Below are positions 41,569 through 51,655 of a DNA stretch of 64,000 bases, in pieces. Source of the stretch: a virus; the IMG/VR virus record IMGVR_UViG_3300036792_000363, positions 1-64,000 of that record. The stretch is one strand, 5' to 3'. Numbering within the stretch: the stretch's first letter is position 1; each line of letters begins with the position of its first letter. A program made the position numbers and the translations under genes. The notes under the pieces were generated by a model. That model saw only the letters and a program-made list of their open reading frames with translations, did no database searches and was not told the DNA's origin.

Positions 41569-44500
41569 AAGGCGATCCCCCTCCCGGCGAGGAACGCGAG
41601 GCGGTTGGAGCTTCTCGTGATCGAGTCGCTCGGCTTCTCGGGCCGCGGGTTGTTAATCGTTAGCTGGCCGACCTCCAGGCCGACGGTGCGCCCGGCCGCC
41701 TCCGACAGCGAGCGCGGCATGGTGCCGGTCGCCTGCGAGGAGAGCTGGCTCTGCATGGTGGCCGACAGGCCCGGCAGGAACAGGTTGGGCACCACCCCGC
41801 CGGCCGCCATGCCGGCCCCGAACATCGACGACACGGCCGCCGGGACCCCGCCCCCGCCGGCGAGCCCGAACCCGTAGTCCCCGCCGGGGGACCCGCCGCC
41901 CGGCCCGCCGACGATGAGGCTGTTCAGGTCCACCGTGACGGGGGCGTTGCCCGGGTTGCGCACCGTGATGCCGGGGATCAGGTACTCGCCCCAGATCCCC
42001 TGCCAGGCCTTGGCGGCCCCGGCGACGTCGCCCTCCAGCATCTGCAGGTGGTCGTAGGTGTCGCCCCACGCCTCCGGCCGGTACTCCTTGCCCACGGAGG
42101 CGTTGCGCAGCGCCGCCGCCCACCCCGTCAGGCTCCGCTCGGCGGCGGTCCAGTCCCCGGAGGTGAGCGCGGCCGGGTCGTTCACGTCGGCGAAGATCGG
42201 GCTGAGCGCGGCGTTGGCGTTCTTCTCCGCGAGGGCGGCGCCGGCCCGCTGGGCCATCCACGTGTTCCACTGGGCCTGGGTGGGGGCCTTCCCCCCGGCC
42301 GGCCGGGGCATCTGGTAGAGGGCCTGCCAGTTGCCGAACGCCTGCTGCCAAGTGGCCTTCATTCCCCTGGTGCTCTTGCCCGCCACGTCCTTCTCCAGCT
42401 GCCCGACGTCCGCCCGGGCGTTGGCCCAGAACTCCGGGTGGTACTGCCGCCCCAGGTTCATCGCGCCGAGCGCGCTGTCCCAGGAGGCCAGGTCGCGGCC
42501 GGCCAGCTGCCACTCGGCCGTCGTCGGGGCGCGGGCGCCCAGCAGCGCGTCGACCGCCTTGTTGGCGTTCTTCTCGGCCAGGGCCGCGGCCGTGCGCTCG
42601 GCGTCGAACTGCAGCCACTGCGCGTTCGTCGGGCCGTACCCGGCCGCCGGGCGCTTGTTGAGCTGGTAGAGGTCCTGCCAGGCGATGAACGCCTGCTGCC
42701 ACTGCGGGTGGATCTGCCCCGCGTACCTCGCCCAGGCGGTCACGTCCGCCTTGGGGATGACGGAGCTGGTGGGCACCGGCGGGACGGCCAGCGCGCTGCC
42801 GACCTGCTTCCACCCCTCGGTCAGCAGCGCCTTGTCGGGGGTGTGCCACGACGTGCCCGCCGCGGTCTGCGCGATGGCGGCGGCGTACAGCGCGGCCTGC
42901 TCCGGCTGGGACTTCCACCGGGCGGCGCTGGAGGAGTTGACCGACGTGCGGTAGTACGGCTCCATCAGCCGGGCGGCCTTGGTCGGGTTGTAGGCGTCGG
43001 CGGCGGTGAACCCCTTGTGCTTGCGCAGGTTGGTCAGCCACGCGCCGTACTCGTCGGCCGACGGGTCCTTCGCGGTCGCGTCCCAGCGGGACAGCAGCCA
43101 CGACGCCAGCGCCATCGACTCCCGCTGCTCCAGGTTGCCGGTGACCGACTTCAGCGCCGACACCACCGGGCCGCCGCCCGCGTACCACCCGTCCGCCAGT
43201 TCGTGCGCCCAGGCCCCGACCGGCGTCCCGTAGCGGTCCTTGATGTAGTTGATCATGGCGGTGATCTGGCCGACGGCCGACGCGCTGCTGCCGCCGTACT
43301 GCGCGTACTCCGACGGCCCGTTGATGAACTGCGCCAGCCCGTACGCGCCCGACGTCGGGTTCCTGGCGGACAGGTTGTAGCCGGCCTCGCGCATCTCGAC
43401 GTTGTTCAGCGCCGACCAGTTCGCGCCGGTCCACCCGACGGAGGCGGCCATCGACTGCATCAGCTTCTGGATGGTCGCGCCGGCGCCGGTCGGGTGCAGG
43501 GAGGAGCCCGCCGCCTCGGCCTTGGAGGTCTGGCCGTTGATGTAGTTCTCGACCCCGTTGTGGATCTGCTGCACCCACGACGCGGCCATGTCCCCGGGGG
43601 TGCCCAGGTGCTCCAGCCCGGCCTCCGCGGGGGCCCCGCTGACCGACCACATGGCGTCGAAGACGGCCTTCTCGCCGTACCGGGCGACGTCGCGGGCGGC
43701 CCCCGCCACCCCGCTCCAGGCCCCCTTCGCGAGGGACCCCACGTCGCCCGCGACGTCGCCCAGCCAGTTCCCGATGTTGTTGATGATCCCGCCGCCCGCG
43801 TACCTCCCGGTGGCCGGGCGGCGCTGGCTGGCCGCGTTCCCGCGCGACCCCGAGCCCAGCCAGGCGTCGGCGTTGTTGAGGTGGTCCATGAAGTCCGGCC
43901 CGTAGGCGGCCTGCAGCGCCATCCGGGCGGGCTTGCGGAGCATGTACTCCCCGCCCATGGCGATGATGTGGGTGCCGTCCTCGTCGCCGGTGCCGGGCAC
44001 CGAGCCCGACGCCATCGGCACCCCGCCGCCGCGCGCCAGCTTGGGGATCGGGCTGATGTGGACGCCCACCACCCCGGTGACGGAGTTGATGAACCCGATG
44101 ACGGTGTTCATCCCGCCGATCGCCCTGTCGATGCCGCCCTTCAGCCCGCCCCAGATGGCGTTGGGCATGGTGGTGGTGAACCAGCGCTCCATCGGCTGCA
44201 CCAGCCCCCGGCTGAAGTCGGTCCAGCCCTGGCTCCAGAACTTGTTCCAGTCCCGCCCGAGGCCGTCGAACCAGTTCGGCATCTGGCTGTTGAAGAACTT
44301 GCCGACGTCCGAGACCAGGTAGTGGCCGAATCCCTGGCTGACGTTCACCCAGACCCCGGTCAGGGCCGTGCCGGCGCTGATGAACCAGCCGGTGACGGTG
44401 TTGTTCCAGAACTGGTCCCACGGCGCGCGGATGTTGCCGTCCCACCACCGGTTGAACGCCTGCCATCCGGCGATGAGGGCGTTGTTGGAGGCGTTGTAGG

Positions 44501-47500
44501 CCTCGGGGATCTGCTTGTTGAAGAAGTTGCTGAGCGGGTGGTTGACGTCGTTGAAGAACCCGGTGTAGACGGCGTTCCAGCCTACGTTCGCGGCGTGCGG
44601 GAGGGTGTCGGTGAACCAGCGGGCGAGCTTGGCGGTGTTGGCGTCGCTCTGCGCCATGTAGCCGGGCGGCGGGTTGTAGGCCTGGCCGTAGTCCCTCTGC
44701 ATCTCGGCCAGCCGGGACTGCAGCGGGGTCAGGTTGAGCGTCGGGGTGATGGGCTTGCCGAGCTGCCCCTCCACGTCCCTCAGCCGGTTCTGCAGGGGGG
44801 TCAGGTTGGGCAGCGTGTTGGTCGCCTTGGTCGTGTCGGCCGCCCACAGCTGCAGCGCCTGGGCCCGCTTGACCCCCATCTGGGTGAGGGTCGCGACGAA
44901 CTCGTTCTTCGCCTGGTCGAGCCCCTGCGGGGTGGTGCCGTAGACCGCGATGAGCGCGTTGGCCACCGAGGTCGACAGGCTCACCTCCTGCGCGGTGGGC
45001 CCGTTCGCGACCGCCTTCCGGTTGGTGAGGATGTACTGGTAGAGCCCGGCGACCGCCTTGGTGATCTGGGGCATGGCGACCAGCCCGTTGGCGATGGCCT
45101 GGGTGAGGTTGGTGCCGACGGCGGCGGCCAGGTTGAGCACGTCGGTGCTGAGGTTGGAGCTGCCGGTCTGCAGGGTCCCGACCTGCTTGTTCAGGTCCTT
45201 CAGGGTCCCGGTGACGTCGTGGTTGCCGCCCGACCACTTCTCCAGGGCGTCGTAGGTGGCCTTGCCGGTGTAGCCCATGGACTGGGCGAGCGCGTAGGTG
45301 CCCTGCACCGACTCCTCGCCGGCCCCGCCCTGGGCCAGCATGATCGACACCAGGTCGCGCCCGGAGGCGGCGAGCGCGGCGTTGGTCTTGGCGGTGTTGC
45401 CGGCAGCGGCGTTCTGCTCCAGCAGGTTGTTGTAGAGGGTCTGCCCGGACGACAGCTGCGACTCCCACGACTGGCGCAGGGTGAAGCTGGCGGCGTTGAC
45501 CCCGCCCATCGACGCGCCGGCGGCCTTCAGGTTGGTGGCCACCGTGTAGATGCCGGACCCGAAGGCGTCCAGGGCCGTCTGCCCCTGGGTGGTGAGGGTC
45601 AGGAACGCGGTGAAGTCGGCGGTCAGGGTGGCGATCGAACTGGACTGCAGCTCGCTGGAGAGGGTGACCGCGTTGATCGCCGCGCCCAGTTGGTTCATCC
45701 CGTTCTTCAGCTGGTAGCCGGCCACCCCCATGTTCAGCCAGCCGGTCACCAGGTCGTCGACCTTGGTCTGCTGCGTCGCCAGGTTGTCGGTGACCTTCAC
45801 CCCGGCCAGGTCCATCAGGGCGAACGACTCCTGGGCGGTGGTGCCGTACTTCTTGGTGGCGTCGGCGGCCTCCGCCAGGGTGGTGGTCCAGTCCTTCTGC
45901 TCGGCGGTCTGCTCGCGCAGCACCAGGGCGGTCGACCCCGGCTGCTGGTTGGTCCCGGTGATCGCCTCCCACAGGTCCTTGTAGACGCTCAGGTGCAGCC
46001 CGAACCCGGACGCGTCGCGGAACAGGTCCGACCAGCCCTGCGCCATGTTGCCGACGAAGTTGCGCTGGTTGGTCGACGCCGCGGTCAGCCACTGGCCGAT
46101 GGAGGCGAGGTTCGTCTGGATCCGGGCGAACCCCTGGCTGGCGTTGTCGGACGCGAGCGCCTGCTGCAGCCCGGCGACGTAGGACTTGGCCTGGCTGCTG
46201 GCCTGCGCGGCGGAGTAGATCGCGTAGCCCACCGCGGCGATGGCGGCGGCTATCGCCAGGATGCCCCCGGCCGGGACGGTCGCGAAGGCCGTCTTCATGC
46301 TCGCCCCGAGCGCGTCGAACGCCCCGCCGACCAGCGGCAGATTGCCCAGCAGGGTGACCAGCCACACGGACACGAACTCAAGCTGGGTGACCACCCACAC
46401 CAGCGCGCTCGCCAGCAGGCCGCCGTAGTGCACCACCGCGAAGAACGCGATGCCCACGGCGGTGGCGTACGGCCCGACGATCGCCAGCGCCTTGGCCACC
46501 ACCGACAGGGCGTAGGCGATGCCCTCGAACAGCAGCTCCGAGACGTGGGTCAGCTCCCCCGCGCGCAGCAGCTCGCCGAAGAGCTGCGCCAGCGACCCGC
46601 CGATGGACCCGAGGATCCGCAGGTCGTTGACGGCGGTGTTGATCAGCTGGCTGAGGCCGCTGCCGCGGTTGGCGAGGGCGGACTGGATCTTGACCGCCAG
46701 GTCCTCCACCCACGTCCCGGTGGTCTTGACGATCGACTGCAGCAGCCCGGTGTTGCGGGTGACGATGTTGATGGCGGCCCCGTAGAGGGTCACCGCCTCG
46801 GGGGCCATGGCGGTCTGCAGCGACCGGAGCGAGACCGGCAGCGGCTTCATGGTCGCGTTGAGGGTCCCCATCTGGTCGGACAGGAAGCCGATGTGCTGGG
46901 TGGCCTGGCTGATGGGGCCGTTGCCGGTGGACAGGGCGTCCAGCGCCGTGTGCAGGCCCAGGAACCGGTTGTAGACGTCCTTGGCGGCCGGCTCGATGGC
47001 GACCGCGAACGCGCCGAGGGCGACCCCGGCGGCGACGACGGCGGGCACCAGGACGATGAAGAAGTCGAGCAGCGTGTGCAGCGCCAGCGCCCACACGCTG
47101 ATGTGGCCTAGCAGCGGGACCCCGGAGAACACCCCGGCGAACAGGGTGAGCTGCCGGCCCCAGAACCCCCACAGGCCGCCTGCCGTGCGCGCGGCGTTCC
47201 CGGCGGTCCCGGCGGCCGCCCCGGCGGCCTTGGAGGTGGCGGCGGAGCGCACCGCCTCGTCGTCGGTGCCCTTCATGGCCGCTTCGAGCGAGCGCCAGAA
47301 CTCGGCGTCGTCCCCGCCGTCCGCCGCGCCGGGGGCGGTCGGCGTCGGCGGCTGCCCCGCGCCCCCGCCCGCGCCTGCTGTGCTGGCGGCCTCCTCGAAC
47401 CGGCGGGCGGCCGCGTTGGCGGCCCCGTAGGCGGCGGTCAGGCTGTCGGCCTCGGCGGCGAGCCTGATCATGTCCCGCAGCGCGTCGTCGCTGCTGGCGT

Positions 47501-49469
47501 TCAGGTCCTCCTGGCTGATCCCCAGCAGCCGGGTGATCGCGTTGAGGGCGAGCAGCTTCTGGTACGAGCTGCCGGAGGCGTCCGCCAGGGCCCGGATGTT
47601 CGCCACCGCGTCGGCGATGGTGGGGACGGTGTGCCCCTCCAGCACGTCCCCCAGGTCGGCGGCGGCGGCGTCGTCGTCCCGCATGGCCTGCGCGGCCTCC
47701 GCGGCGGACTCGCCGATCCCGCGCAGCTCCTCGTCGGTGGCGGAGAAGATGGGGGCGTCCGCCTCCAGCTCACGCCGGAGGGCGGCCGGCCCGATGGCCA
47801 GCTGATCGTTGAACCCGAGGTCGGCCAGCGCCGCCCGGGCGATGAGCGCGTCCCGCGCCAGGCGGGCGGTGTAGTCGTCGACCTGGTACCCCAGCAGCGA
47901 GAAGCTGCCCGCGGCCCCCTCGTTGGCGACGGCCAATTCCGCGGCGGACCTGGCGGCCTGGTCCTGCGCGCCCGCGTAGTACTCCAGGGCGAGCCGGGCC
48001 CCGGCCAGGGCCTGCGTGCCGCTGCCGGTGGCCGCGATGCTCGCCAGGATGCCCCGGATGCGGCCGTCGTCGCCCTGGTTCAGCACCTCCTGCGACATGG
48101 CGAGCAGGAGGTTGGCGGCCCGCGCCGCCCGGGTCTGCTGGGTCAGGCTGGACGAGGCGGCGGCCAGCGCGTTCGCGTTGCCGACGGCATCGCCCAGGTG
48201 GACGCCATACTCGATGGCCGCCTTCCCGGCGGCGCTCATCCCCAGCGCGGTCTCGGCGGCGGACTCGCCCACCGCGCCGAGCGCCCTGTCCATCTCCTCG
48301 AACAGGGGGGCGTCCTCGGCCGCGTCCTGGCGCGCCCGCTCCCAGTCGTCTAGCAGGCTGCTCCAGGCGGACTCGGAGGTCCCCGGGGAGCCGCCCCCGC
48401 CCCCGCCGGACGTCCCGCCCATGCCGAGCGTCGTCGGGGCCTTGATCTCCCGCGCCCGCTCCATCATGGTGTCCAGCGCCTCGTTCACCGCGGTGTCGTC
48501 CAGCTCCGGGCGGAAGACGTACTTCTCCCGCACGGCGTCGGTCAGATCCCCGACGAACGCCTGCAGCCCGCTCTCGGCCTTCTGGTCGTCGAACTCGGAC
48601 CGGAACACCACCGGGGGGACCGCGCTCGGCGGGAGCGCGGCGGGCTCCGGCTCGGCCCTCGGCGCCTCCTGCCCGACCAGCGGGATGCCCGTGCGCATCG
48701 AGGACGAGAGGATGTCGAGCGACTCCGCGCGCGGGATGGCGGCCAGCGACGCCCGGTAGGCGGCGATCTGGGCGATGGCGGGGGCGTCGTCGAAGAGCGC
48801 CTGGGTGGTCACCACCGACGGCAGCCCGGTGAGCGCGGCGGCATAGGCGCTGGCCCCGCCGCCCAGCTGCCCGAGCGACTGGTGGGTGCCGAGGACCGCG
48901 TTATCGTACGCCAGCATGGCGGCGGTCTCGATGCCGATCGCGGCGGCCCGGGCGCGGATGGCGGCGGCCTGCGAGGTGGACCCGGCGATCTCGCGCTGCA
49001 TGAAGCCCAGGTACTGGTCGGCGGTCAGGTAGCCGGCGAAGTGGGCCTTGTTCTCCAGCAGCGCCAGCTGGTACATCTGCTGCCGGTAGCTCATGGCCTG
49101 CTGCACGGAGGAGAACCCGAGCCAGTGCTGGCGGTTGAGCAGGGTGGTGTAGTTCAGCTCCTGCGCGATGTCGGACAGGTGCTGGGCCATGTTGGTGCGG
49201 CCGCCGTAGAGCAGCTGCTGGTTGGCCTGCTCCGCCGCGGTGGCGGCCTGCGCGAGCGCCTGGGTCTGGTCGCGGATCGCAACCGTGTCCTTCTGGCGCG
49301 CTGCGGCGGCCTGGGTCGAGCCGGCCACCTCGGCCGCGGTCTCGGCCTTAACCGCGTCGGCCATCCCCTGCAGCGCGGCCTTGGCCTGGGCCGCGTCGCG
49401 CATCAGGCCGGAGAAGTCGCCGACCGCCTTGTAGATGACGTACCAGTACTCAGGGCCCTCGTAAGCCAC
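41361..49469 (-). CDS. Tape measure protein with C-terminal lytic transglycosylase-like domain
   Basis: 2702-aa Ala-rich helical protein after the tail chaperone; REAGYNLSARNPTSGAYGLAQF...INYIKDRYG; overlaps Dit by ~208 bp after an in-frame TTA. Confidence 0.92.
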   Translation of the reverse strand: MAYEGPEYWYVIYKAVGDFSGLMRDAAQAKAALQGMADAVKAETAAEVAGSTQAAAARQKDTVAIRDQTQALAQAATAAEQANQQLLYGGRTNMAQHLSDIAQELNYTTLLNRQHWLGFSSVQQAMSYRQQMYQLALLENKAHFAGYLTADQYLGFMQREIAGSTSQAAAIRARAAAIGIETAAMLAYDNAVLGTHQSLGQLGGGASAYAAALTGLPSVVTTQALFDDAPAIAQIAAYRASLAAIPRAESLDILSSSMRTGIPLVGQEAPRAEPEPAALPPSAVPPVVFRSEFDDQKAESGLQAFVGDLTDAVREKYVFRPELDDTAVNEALDTMMERAREIKAPTTLGMGGTSGGGGGGSPGTSESAWSSLLDDWERARQDAAEDAPLFEEMDRALGAVGESAAETALGMSAAGKAAIEYGVHLGDAVGNANALAAASSSLTQQTRAARAANLLLAMSQEVLNQGDDGRIRGILASIAATGSGTQALAGARLALEYYAGAQDQAARSAAELAVANEGAAGSFSLLGYQVDDYTARLARDALIARAALADLGFNDQLAIGPAALRRELEADAPIFSATDEELRGIGESAAEAAQAMRDDDAAAADLGDVLEGHTVPTIADAVANIRALADASGSSYQKLLALNAITRLLGISQEDLNASSDDALRDMIRLAAEADSLTAAYGAANAAARRFEEAASTAGAGGGAGQPPTPTAPGAADGGDDAEFWRSLEAAMKGTDDEAVRSAATSKAAGAAAGTAGNAARTAGGLWGFWGRQLTLFAGVFSGVPLLGHISVWALALHTLLDFFIVLVPAVVAAGVALGAFAVAIEPAAKDVYNRFLGLHTALDALSTGNGPISQATQHIGFLSDQMGTLNATMKPLPVSLRSLQTAMAPEAVTLYGAAINIVTRNTGLLQSIVKTTGTWVEDLAVKIQSALANRGSGLSQLINTAVNDLRILGSIGGSLAQLFGELLRAGELTHVSELLFEGIAYALSVVAKALAIVGPYATAVGIAFFAVVHYGGLLASALVWVVTQLEFVSVWLVTLLGNLPLVGGAFDALGASMKTAFATVPAGGILAIAAAIAAVGYAIYSAAQASSQAKSYVAGLQQALASDNASQGFARIQTNLASIGQWLTAASTNQRNFVGNMAQGWSDLFRDASGFGLHLSVYKDLWEAITGTNQQPGSTALVLREQTAEQKDWTTTLAEAADATKKYGTTAQESFALMDLAGVKVTDNLATQQTKVDDLVTGWLNMGVAGYQLKNGMNQLGAAINAVTLSSELQSSSIATLTADFTAFLTLTTQGQTALDAFGSGIYTVATNLKAAGASMGGVNAASFTLRQSWESQLSSGQTLYNNLLEQNAAAGNTAKTNAALAASGRDLVSIMLAQGGAGEESVQGTYALAQSMGYTGKATYDALEKWSGGNHDVTGTLKDLNKQVGTLQTGSSNLSTDVLNLAAAVGTNLTQAIANGLVAMPQITKAVAGLYQYILTNRKAVANGPTAQEVSLSTSVANALIAVYGTTPQGLDQAKNEFVATLTQMGVKRAQALQLWAADTTKATNTLPNLTPLQNRLRDVEGQLGKPITPTLNLTPLQSRLAEMQRDYGQAYNPPPGYMAQSDANTAKLARWFTDTLPHAANVGWNAVYTGFFNDVNHPLSNFFNKQIPEAYNASNNALIAGWQAFNRWWDGNIRAPWDQFWNNTVTGWFISAGTALTGVWVNVSQGFGHYLVSDVGKFFNSQMPNWFDGLGRDWNKFWSQGWTDFSRGLVQPMERWFTTTMPNAIWGGLKGGIDRAIGGMNTVIGFINSVTGVVGVHISPIPKLARGGGVPMASGSVPGTGDEDGTHIIAMGGEYMLRKPARMALQAAYGPDFMDHLNNADAWLGSGSRGNAASQRRPATGRYAGGGIINNIGNWLGDVAGDVGSLAKGAWSGVAGAARDVARYGEKAVFDAMWSVSGAPAEAGLEHLGTPGDMAASWVQQIHNGVENYINGQTSKAEAAGSSLHPTGAGATIQKLMQSMAASVGWTGANWSALNNVEMREAGYNLSARNPTSGAYGLAQFINGPSEYAQYGGSSASAVGQITAMINYIKDRYGTPVGAWAHELADGWYAGGGPVVSALKSVTGNLEQRESMALASWLLSRWDATAKDPSADEYGAWLTNLRKHKGFTAADAYNPTKAARLMEPYYRTSVNSSSAARWKSQPEQAALYAAAIAQTAAGTSWHTPDKALLTEGWKQVGSALAVPPVPTSSVIPKADVTAWARYAGQIHPQWQQAFIAWQDLYQLNKRPAAGYGPTNAQWLQFDAERTAAALAEKNANKAVDALLGARAPTTAEWQLAGRDLASWDSALGAMNLGRQYHPEFWANARADVGQLEKDVAGKSTRGMKATWQQAFGNWQALYQMPRPAGGKAPTQAQWNTWMAQRAGAALAEKNANAALSPIFADVNDPAALTSGDWTAAERSLTGWAAALRNASVGKEYRPEAWGDTYDHLQMLEGDVAGAAKAWQGIWGEYLIPGITVRNPGNAPVTVDLNSLIVGGPGGGSPGGDYGFGLAGGGGVPAAVSSMFGAGMAAGGVVPNLFLPGLSATMQSQLSSQATGTMPRSLSEAAGRTVGLEVGQLTINNPRPEKPSDSITRSSNRLAFLAGRGIALCPARRWGPTPRMRSGTSTGSRCRPATTTWPPSGGRAPGCRRCAARTTRCPTGRASCGGPSTRTSAPSP

Positions 49470-49616
49470 GGCTCACCCTGCCGTCGATCAGATCGGCGGA
49501 CCGCTCCAGCACCCGGATGACGACCCGCAAGGCGAAGGTTCGGCGCTTAGCCCGGGTGGCCAGCACCTCCGCTGCAGCCCGCAGCGTCTCGGCGTCGGCC
49601 GGGCGATTGCGCTCCA

Positions 49617-50177
49617 TCACTCCCTCCCCGGAACCGGCGGCGGGCCGCCCATCATGGACAGGAAGGCCTCGTACGAGCCGCTCGCGTTCTCGGCGTCCAC
49701 GCCCTTGTCCGGGTCGGCCGCCACCTTGGCGAACCGCGAGTCCTCCGACACGTCGCGCGCCACCATCGGCCCGCGCATGCGGTCAAGCTCCTCCTCCTCG
49801 GGCGAGCGGGTGCCGAGGATGTCCAGCGACAGGGCCATATCCACCAGCGGGTTGCGCCCGCCCGTCTTCTTGGTGTCGATCTGGGCCTGCGCGCCGATGA
49901 AGCTGCACACCGTCTTGACCTGCCATTCGATGAGCTTCAGGCGGGTGTGGTGCTCCCGGTCGCGGCGGGCTCGAATGGCCTCGATGACCTGTCGTAGTCG
50001 GCAGACGGGGAGGTCGAGAAGGTACTCGTCGGACCATCCGTACTCGTGGCTGAGGGTGTCGAAGGCTGCTGCGAAGGCGCCGACGAGAGATCCTGCGGGC
50101 TCAGCTCCGGCTCCGCCGGCTCCTTGTCCTGCCCCGTCTTGCGGAACAGGGAGATCATCCGCTCCAGTTTTTTTCCC
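49617..50177 (-). CDS. Tail assembly chaperone, -1 frameshift extension
   Basis: -1 frame open from the slippery site to 49617 (AFDTLSHEYGWSDEYLLDLP). Confidence 0.75.
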   Translation of the reverse strand, partial: GKKTGADDLPVPQDGAGQGAGGAGAEPAGSLVGAFAAAFDTLSHEYGWSDEYLLDLPVCRLRQVIEAIRARRDREHHTRLKLIEWQVKTVCSFIGAQAQIDTKKTGGRNPLVDMALSLDILGTRSPEEEELDRMRGPMVARDVSEDSRFAKVAADPDKGVDAENASGSYEAFLSMMGGPPPVPGRE

Positions 50178-50623
50178 AGGGCCTGCAGCTCGGGGGCCTC
50201 CTGGCGCACGATGGCCTCCACCAGGTCCATCGTGTCCTCGATCTCCGGGTTGTGCATGTCCTCGTTGAACCGGGCCCACAGCGCGGCGTTCGCCTCGGTC
50301 TCGGCCTTGGTGAGCTGGGAGGCCTGCTTCTCCACCAGCCCGGCCGGGCGGGTCATGGAGGCGAGGAACGCCACCGCCTCCTGCTCGGCGTCGGGGATCG
50401 AGACGACCACCAGCATCAGCAGCTTGCCGGCGAACTCCGACGCCTCGCCCTTGAAGTCGAGGCTGTTCTGCATCAGCGCCGGCCCCGCGCCGTGGGTGAG
50501 CACCCGCAGCAGGCGGAAGAACTGGCGGGTGCGCATCCGCTGGATGTCCAGCGTCAGCCCGGTGTGCAGCTTGCACTGCAGCGGCTGCGGGTCGATCCGG
50601 TCCAGCTCCGACTGCTCGGCCAT
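49937..50623 (-). CDS. Tail assembly chaperone
   Basis: Between major tail and tape measure genes; RBS GGGAGGG; contains the slippery sequence. Confidence 0.8.
   Translation of the reverse strand: MAEQSELDRIDPQPLQCKLHTGLTLDIQRMRTRQFFRLLRVLTHGAGPALMQNSLDFKGEASEFAGKLLMLVVVSIPDAEQEAVAFLASMTRPAGLVEKQASQLTKAETEANAALWARFNEDMHNPEIEDTMDLVEAIVRQEAPELQALGKKLERMISLFRKTGQDKEPAEPELSPQDLSSAPSQQPSTPSATSTDGPTSTFSTSPSADYDRSSRPFEPAATGSTTPA
50168..50177 (-). other. Programmed -1 ribosomal frameshift site G GGA AAA AAA
   Basis: GGGAAAAAAA fits X XXY YYZ in frame; an A7 run is very unusual at this GC. Confidence 0.8.
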
Positions 50624-50752
50624 GCGGCCCTCCCGGGGGCTCTCGGCGGTGTTGTCCGGGGCAATCGGCGGGCGGCGCCGGGCAGCGAAAAGCGGTGCGC
50701 CCCGGATTTGTTTTGCCGACAAGCTCCGGTGAGGCGCACCGCTCCCTCGATA

Positions 50753-50944
50753 CTACGGGTGAGCCCCGGTGTTGTCGGGCAAGTCGGGGTTCTGCTGGTT
50801 CTCGGCGATGACCTCGCCCCCGGTGACCGGGCCCTCCAGGTCCTCGTGCTCGTCCGGCTCGACCCCGGCCGCGGGCTGGCCCTGGGCCATGCCCGCGACG
50901 CCCGGCTGCGGCTCCTGCGGCTCGTCCTTCTTGCGCCCGGCCAC
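50753..50944 (-). CDS. Small acidic protein
   Basis: Coupled directly after the major tail gene. Confidence 0.55.
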   Translation of the reverse strand: MAGRKKDEPQEPQPGVAGMAQGQPAAGVEPDEHEDLEGPVTGGEVIAENQQNPDLPDNTGAHP

Positions 50945-51604
50945 CTAGACCACCACGCCGCCGCCGGCGCCGAACGGCTCCGCCACGAACGCGCCGGTCT
51001 CGGTGCCCGGCAGCGACACCAGGCGGCCGATGCTCATGCCCGCCGAGCCCGACGTGCCGCCGTAGGCGGCTGGCAGGGACTGCCCGATCTCGTTCACCGT
51101 CGAGAACAGCGCGCGCCCGGCGATGCTGCAGCTCAGGCCGGTCTTGTAGCTCGGGCCGGTGAAGTTGAAGGGCTGGAACTGGACCCGGTAGAGGATGAAG
51201 TCCAGCGTCCTGATCTGGCCCCCGGCGTCCTTGGCCGGGACGCGCACCGCGAGCGGCTGGGTCACCTGGTTCATGGACGCGAGGGTCCACAGCGGGATGG
51301 CGTAGTAGTCCGCCCCCGCCGCGCCCGAGCTGGTCACCGTGGTGCCGGTGATGTAGGCGATCGTCGAGAAGGGGATGTACCCCTCCTCAATCGTGATGTT
51401 GGCGAAGTTGATCCAGAAGTGCTCGCTGAGCACAACGTCGTCGCCGGTGTTCTCGAAGTTCCCCTGGTCGGTCGAGATCGTGCCGTTGCGCACGCCGTAG
51501 ACCGTGGCGCCCTCCGCGCCGGTGGACCCGTTCAGGATCGCCGCGTGGCTCAGGGAGAAGCCTTCGAACGGCGTGCCCGCGTAGGCATTGCTGGCAGTAG
51601 GCAT
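50945..51604 (-). CDS. Major tail (tube) protein
   Basis: Position upstream of chaperone and tape measure; 219 aa; G/T/F-rich beta pattern. Confidence 0.75.
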   Translation of the reverse strand: MPTASNAYAGTPFEGFSLSHAAILNGSTGAEGATVYGVRNGTISTDQGNFENTGDDVVLSEHFWINFANITIEEGYIPFSTIAYITGTTVTSSGAAGADYYAIPLWTLASMNQVTQPLAVRVPAKDAGGQIRTLDFILYRVQFQPFNFTGPSYKTGLSCSIAGRALFSTVNEIGQSLPAAYGGTSGSAGMSIGRLVSLPGTETGAFVAEPFGAGGGVVV

Positions 51605-51655
51605 TGTCGAGCGCCCTCCGGCTAGACCAAGGTTCAGCTGGTCTAATCGGCTCCG

